NCBI GenBank assembly: GCA_016839945.1
Contig: JAEOTE010000039.1
Span: 1-42,868 of the forward strand
Origin: Candidatus Heimdallarchaeota archaeon
GTDB taxonomy: Archaea > Asgardarchaeota > Heimdallarchaeia > Heimdallarchaeales > Heimdallarchaeaceae
Direction of reading: 5' to 3'
DNA length: 42,868 nt
Both the position numbers and the translations under genes were made by a program. The notes beneath the pieces were generated by a model. The model did not search any database, was not told the origin of the DNA, and was given only the letters and a program-made list of their open reading frames with translations. Positions 38,897 through 42,868 of this stretch are shown piece after piece (position 1 is the stretch's first letter; each line of letters opens with the position of its first letter).

Positions 38897-39823
38897 ATGA
38901 ATAACTCCGAAAGGATATCATCAGGCATAGAAGGCTTGGATGTACTTCTACAAGGCGGAATGATAAAAAATTCTATAAATTCAATTGTAGGTAGCAGTGG
39001 AACAGGAAAAACAACATTTGCTCTTGCATATGTTTACCAAGGTTTGTTAGAAGGAGATCACATATTATACTTATCTTTTGAAGAACCGCCCTCTAAGTTG
39101 ATGCTAGAAGCAGAATCTCTAGGTATAAAAATCAAAGAAATAGCAAAGAATCATGACGACTTAATCCATTTAGTTGAAAGTGAGAAAATAGTTGAATTCA
39201 TGACTAATATTCTACCAGCTTTAGCTCAGAAGCTTAAACATAAAAACCTCAAACACACTAGAATAATACTAGATCCTCTAACACCAATTTTATGGGAATT
39301 CCCTTCAGAAAAAGATCAGAGAAAAGTATTAACAAAGATATATCATCATTTGAGTTCTTTAGGTACTGTTTTACAAACTGTTGAAGAGCCAAATGCTTTT
39401 GGGCAAACAGATATTGGTTCAATCGAAACTAGAGTGCCAATATACCTTTCTGATTCTGTTGTGCATATTCAAAATCTTGGACTTGGTGGGAAGTATAACA
39501 GAACATGCAAAATTGTCAAATCTAGAAGAACAGCTCACCATGAAGGAATCTATCCTTTAAGTTTCTCCTATGGTCCAGGTATTGTTATAGATACAAGTAC
39601 AATTAAAGATAACATCAAGAATCTCCCCTCACAGGATTTTAGATATATTGAACTTATGCAAAAAGTAAAAGCAATGTCAAAAGATAAAGATCCCAAAAAG
39701 CGCATTATTGCACAAATAGCTAATAACCTACTAGGAGATAGACAAAAGAACGAAACTAAAGACAATTTAGAATTAGTAAATGCATTAACAGACCCTCAAA
39801 TTCTTCAAGAGGTTAGAAAATGA
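38897..39823 (+). CDS. Single-domain KaiC-like (RAD55-family) ATPase
   Basis: RISSGIEGLDVLLQGG, Walker A GSSGTGKT, YLSFEE, RIILD, YLSDSVV, KIVKSRRTAH. Confidence 0.9.
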   Translation: MNNSERISSGIEGLDVLLQGGMIKNSINSIVGSSGTGKTTFALAYVYQGLLEGDHILYLSFEEPPSKLMLEAESLGIKIKEIAKNHDDLIHLVESEKIVEFMTNILPALAQKLKHKNLKHTRIILDPLTPILWEFPSEKDQRKVLTKIYHHLSSLGTVLQTVEEPNAFGQTDIGSIETRVPIYLSDSVVHIQNLGLGGKYNRTCKIVKSRRTAHHEGIYPLSFSYGPGIVIDTSTIKDNIKNLPSQDFRYIELMQKVKAMSKDKDPKKRIIAQIANNLLGDRQKNETKDNLELVNALTDPQILQEVRK

Positions 39824-40179
39824 ATTTTAACTATGGAATTTCATCAGAATTAAAAGATTTAAACTATCTAGACGATGTAGAAGGTTCAGTTCTTTTTAGA
39901 ATAGATGGCAATGTAATAGATTCAGTTTTTAATGATAATCAATCACAAGATTTATTGCGAACAATACAATGGAGCAAAAGCAACGTAGAGAAAGTATCCA
40001 TGGAAATGAAGAATAATAACCTTCAGAAAGTTACTTATGAATTAAATGACTTTTACATCCTTTTCTTTGTGGTTAATAGAGTTACAGTGTTAACAACGTT
40101 TGCTAATCAAAATGCAAATCTCAGTCTTTTATCTATTGAAGCAAAAAGAAAATCGCAAAATATTTCTCAGTTTTTGTGA
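39820..40179 (+). CDS. Roadblock/LC7 (MglB/LAMTOR-like) domain protein
   Basis: VEGSVLFRIDGNVI, LQKVTYEL, VLTTFANQNANLSLLSIEAKR; ATGA overlap with the KaiC-like gene. Confidence 0.82.
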   Translation: MNFNYGISSELKDLNYLDDVEGSVLFRIDGNVIDSVFNDNQSQDLLRTIQWSKSNVEKVSMEMKNNNLQKVTYELNDFYILFFVVNRVTVLTTFANQNANLSLLSIEAKRKSQNISQFL

Positions 40180-40189
40180 GGTTTTACTA

Positions 40190-41533
40190 ATGCAAATATC
40201 TACTGGAACAACTAGTCATAGATCAATAAACCAAGCCACTAAAAATGTAATTAAAGACGTTATAGAAGACATTAATGGGACACCAGATTTTGTGCTAGTT
40301 GCTTTTACATCAAATTATAGACAAAGTGATGAATACAAACAAGCTTTATCTAAAATCTGCGAAGAAAGTGGAACTACAAATGTAATGGGGGGTACTTTTC
40401 CTGGAGTCGCAACTTCAAATGAATTACCAACGACACAGGGATGTTCTTTAATGGCTATTAAATCTAGTGAGATCTCTTTTGAAAAACCTTTTAGCTACTC
40501 AAATGTTCGAATAAATCCAAAAAAAGGTTCGGAAATAATATTTGATGCATACCAGAAACAGAAAAACAAATCAAAAATAGGTTTCTTCCTCACACCTGGT
40601 CCGCTCTATCAAGATGATGCTTTTGAGCAAATGAAAATCCTAGATACAATTTTCGCTAAAAAATTCAAAGGAATGTTTAATTTCATTGGAAAAATAATTG
40701 ACAAGAGTATGGGGAAAGGCGGATATGGAGGAACACTCTTTGCTGAGAAGATATTACATATGCTTCTTAATCAAGGAGTAGAGAACATATTAGGAGGAGC
40801 GACAATAGATTTAGATATGAAAGCATGTTATCAATTTAGTGGAGAAGAGATTTTTAGAAACGCACTAGTTGGAACTGTTTTCTCTTCAGACAAATATGAA
40901 TTTGGTCATGGGTGGACATTTGATAGATCACAAAAAAGCAAGAAATTTGATATTTCGGGGTTTTTAAAAAGCAGTGGGTATATCCAGTATATTAACGAAA
41001 GGTCAGCAAATAGAGAATTTCGTGACATTATAGGCATTTCAGAAGAATTATATGAAGAAGCTTTTGGAAATTTTGCATATGCGTCATTGTTATACTTATC
41101 AGCTCTTAAAAAGCCGAATAAGGAATATGTTCCCTTCGTATCAGTATGTCATCCAATTTTAGATGGTGTTGTAACAACAATCCCTGAAAGATATTTGAAT
41201 GAAAACAAAATAATAGCTGATTTCTTCACACAATCAGGTACCGGAATTCAAAAGTCTGCATATGATTGTGCAACAAATATATCGAAAAATCTTGAAAATC
41301 TTAAATTTGGTATTTTCATAAATTGCAGTAATAGACTCCTTATTGCAGGAGATAAAATAGATAAAGAAAATATGAAAATTAAAGAAGCTTTAGGAGACGA
41401 GGTTCCCTTTATCACACTTTATTCTGGAGGAGAATTTTCTCTTATTGGAAATAATCCAGTTTATTCTTCAGTTTCTGTTCACGGAATTGTAGCTGGTGAG
41501 AATAAAGTTCCTATAAAAAATGTGGTGTTTTAA
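40190..41533 (+). CDS. Stand-alone FIST-N/FIST-C sensory protein
   Basis: PDFVLVAF, VMGGT..G, ILGGA, HGW, INERSA, IFINCSNR, PFITLYSGGEF; GAGG Shine-Dalgarno before ATG 40190. Confidence 0.82.
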   Translation: MQISTGTTSHRSINQATKNVIKDVIEDINGTPDFVLVAFTSNYRQSDEYKQALSKICEESGTTNVMGGTFPGVATSNELPTTQGCSLMAIKSSEISFEKPFSYSNVRINPKKGSEIIFDAYQKQKNKSKIGFFLTPGPLYQDDAFEQMKILDTIFAKKFKGMFNFIGKIIDKSMGKGGYGGTLFAEKILHMLLNQGVENILGGATIDLDMKACYQFSGEEIFRNALVGTVFSSDKYEFGHGWTFDRSQKSKKFDISGFLKSSGYIQYINERSANREFRDIIGISEELYEEAFGNFAYASLLYLSALKKPNKEYVPFVSVCHPILDGVVTTIPERYLNENKIIADFFTQSGTGIQKSAYDCATNISKNLENLKFGIFINCSNRLLIAGDKIDKENMKIKEALGDEVPFITLYSGGEFSLIGNNPVYSSVSVHGIVAGENKVPIKNVVF

Positions 41534-41557
41534 ATCTTTTTTTGGATATGAGTATTG

Positions 41558-42154
41558 ATGAGTTCTTCAATTCCCTATAGCACAAAACAAGACAACATTC
41601 TCAAAATAGCTGTCCTTGGCTTAGGTTCTGTTGGTAAAACTACGATTTCAAAAAGTTTCTCTGGCGAAATGTCTAATCCCGATGATATATCAATGACTAA
41701 AGGCGTAGATATAACAGTGAAACGCATAGTTCACTGCGATAGAACAGTAACACTTCAAATTTGGGATTTTGCAGGTCAAAAACAATTTAGATTCATGATA
41801 GATGTTTTCTTAAGAGGAGTAAAGGGCATAATTTATGTTTACGATGTGACAGATATTGAGACATTAATCTATCTTAATGAATTTGTAGATCTAACTAGAA
41901 ATTACTTAAACAACCATTATTATCAAAAAATACCAGAGATACTGGTTGGTAATAAGCTAGATTTAGAAAAAATTGAAGTTGCAATAGAGGATGTACATGA
42001 GTTCATGAAAACATATGAAATAAAGAAACATTTTCTTGTTAGTGGTTTGTATTCGCATAATGTTTCAGAACCATTTGAATACATGGTTGACCAAATTGTA
42101 AATAAGGAGAAAAATCTGACAGAGGAGCTGGTTTCTAAATACTCAAGCATTTGA
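41558..42154 (+). CDS. Ras-superfamily small GTPase (Rab/Roc-like)
   Basis: G1 GLGSVGKT, G2 TKGVD, G3 LQIWDFAGQKQFR, YVYDVT, G4 LVGNKLD, G5 VSG. Confidence 0.92.
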   Translation: MSSSIPYSTKQDNILKIAVLGLGSVGKTTISKSFSGEMSNPDDISMTKGVDITVKRIVHCDRTVTLQIWDFAGQKQFRFMIDVFLRGVKGIIYVYDVTDIETLIYLNEFVDLTRNYLNNHYYQKIPEILVGNKLDLEKIEVAIEDVHEFMKTYEIKKHFLVSGLYSHNVSEPFEYMVDQIVNKEKNLTEELVSKYSSI

Positions 42155-42176
42155 TGTGGTTTTTTAAGTGATATAA

Positions 42177-42500
42177 ATGATTGAAAATAAATTTATTAGA
42201 AAAACATTCAATTGCGAACATTGCGGAAGAATGTTGGAGTGTAAAATAGATAGGAAACAACTTGAGGATTTAAAAGATAGCCAACTGTTTAATTTTGTTT
42301 TAATGCATGCAGATGATCACACATTGATTGTATCAATAGATGGAAGAGGAAATATAAGAAGATCTAGAATCGCATCTCTCAGCTCAAACGTAAAACAAAA
42401 AGCAGAATTTGAAGAATTCTCTGACTACACAATAATTGAAGAATGCAATAATCTCGTAGATGCATTCAATGTTTATCTAAAGAGTTCAGATACTGCTTAG
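42177..42500 (+). CDS. Small putative Zn-binding protein (CxxC..HxxxH)
   Basis: CEHCG..VLMHADDHTLIVSIDGRGNIR; 22 nt after the GTPase stop. Confidence 0.7.
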   Translation: MIENKFIRKTFNCEHCGRMLECKIDRKQLEDLKDSQLFNFVLMHADDHTLIVSIDGRGNIRRSRIASLSSNVKQKAEFEEFSDYTIIEECNNLVDAFNVYLKSSDTA

Positions 42501-42576
42501 GAAATCATTTAATGGTTTTTTTTGAGAATTCAATTCTTGTATAAATAAAAAATTAAAAAATAAAAATGTAAGAGTA

Positions 42577-42867
42577 TTACCCAAATAATGCACTAAGACC
42601 TAAGTCTGTGTCTTCTTCAGGTTCTTCCTCTTTTTCTTCTTTTTCTTCTGCTGGTGCAGCTTTTTCACTTGCTGATGTTGGTGCTGCTACAGGTGCAGCA
42701 GCAGTCATTACTGCTGATTTTAAAGCATCTCCAATATCAACTTCCTTTAAAGCTGCAACTAGAGCTTTTATGCGAGAATCATCTGCAGTTGCTCCAGCAG
42801 CAGTCAAAATTCCTTTTATTTTAGTTTGTGTTATGTTTTCACCTAATTCATGTAATATTAATGCTGC
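42577..42867 (-). CDS. rpl12: 50S ribosomal stalk protein P1 (L12P), 5'-truncated by the window edge
   Basis: Frame is open to the edge: AALILHELGENITQTKIKGILTAAG..KALVAAL..EEEPEEDTDLGLSALFG. Confidence 0.96.
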   Translation of the reverse strand, partial: AALILHELGENITQTKIKGILTAAGATADDSRIKALVAALKEVDIGDALKSAVMTAAAPVAAPTSASEKAAPAEEKEEKEEEPEEDTDLGLSALFG

Positions 42868-42868
42868 A

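Noticed and set aside
38897-39823. Circadian clock KaiC or archaellum ArlH
   Set aside because: Single domain, no ST phosphosites, no kaiA/kaiB, and no archaellum genes adjacent.
40100-40189. N-terminal 30-aa extension of the FIST ORF
   Set aside because: It overlaps the roadblock gene; ATG 40190 with a GAGG Shine-Dalgarno is the better start.

Overview
This is an AT-rich archaeal chromosomal window, most likely from an Asgard archaeon (Heimdallarchaeia-like). The assignment is inferred from the split RNAP A'/A'' and archaeal ribosomal proteins together with eukaryote-signature genes: a Rab-like GTPase, a roadblock protein, an OSTC/DC2-like subunit and eIF5A with a GKHGH loop. The left half is core information processing in rearranged operons (rpoA1-rpoA2, rps12-eIF5A-tRNA-Ala, trpS-NOG1, rpoD-L18e-L13-S9-rtcA-L3-L4-L23-L2-PAC2). 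The middle holds cdc6/orc1 with an ArsR-like gene between two tRNAs, rfcS, a Tad-like ATPase with two membrane platform genes, a divergent TFB and a large surface glycoprotein. Four signals stand out. (1) A tightly coupled five-gene operon at 38.9-42.5 kb: KaiC-like ATPase, roadblock, stand-alone FIST sensor, Rab/Roc-like GTPase and a CxxC/HxxxH protein, a candidate ligand-sensing GTPase switch. (2) A loose cluster of eukaryote-like oligosaccharyltransferase accessory subunits at 30.4-37.9 kb: a 36-aa OST4-like peptide, a WBP1/OST48-like GIFT protein, an OSTC/DC2-like protein and possibly an OST5-like protein, next to a UFL1/DDRGK1-like winged-helix gene. (3) A 59-aa Flp-like prepilin missed by the ORF track. 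(4) Non-ORB repeats upstream of cdc6. No rRNA, CRISPR array or mobile element was seen. All homology calls come from motif recognition by eye, not database searches.
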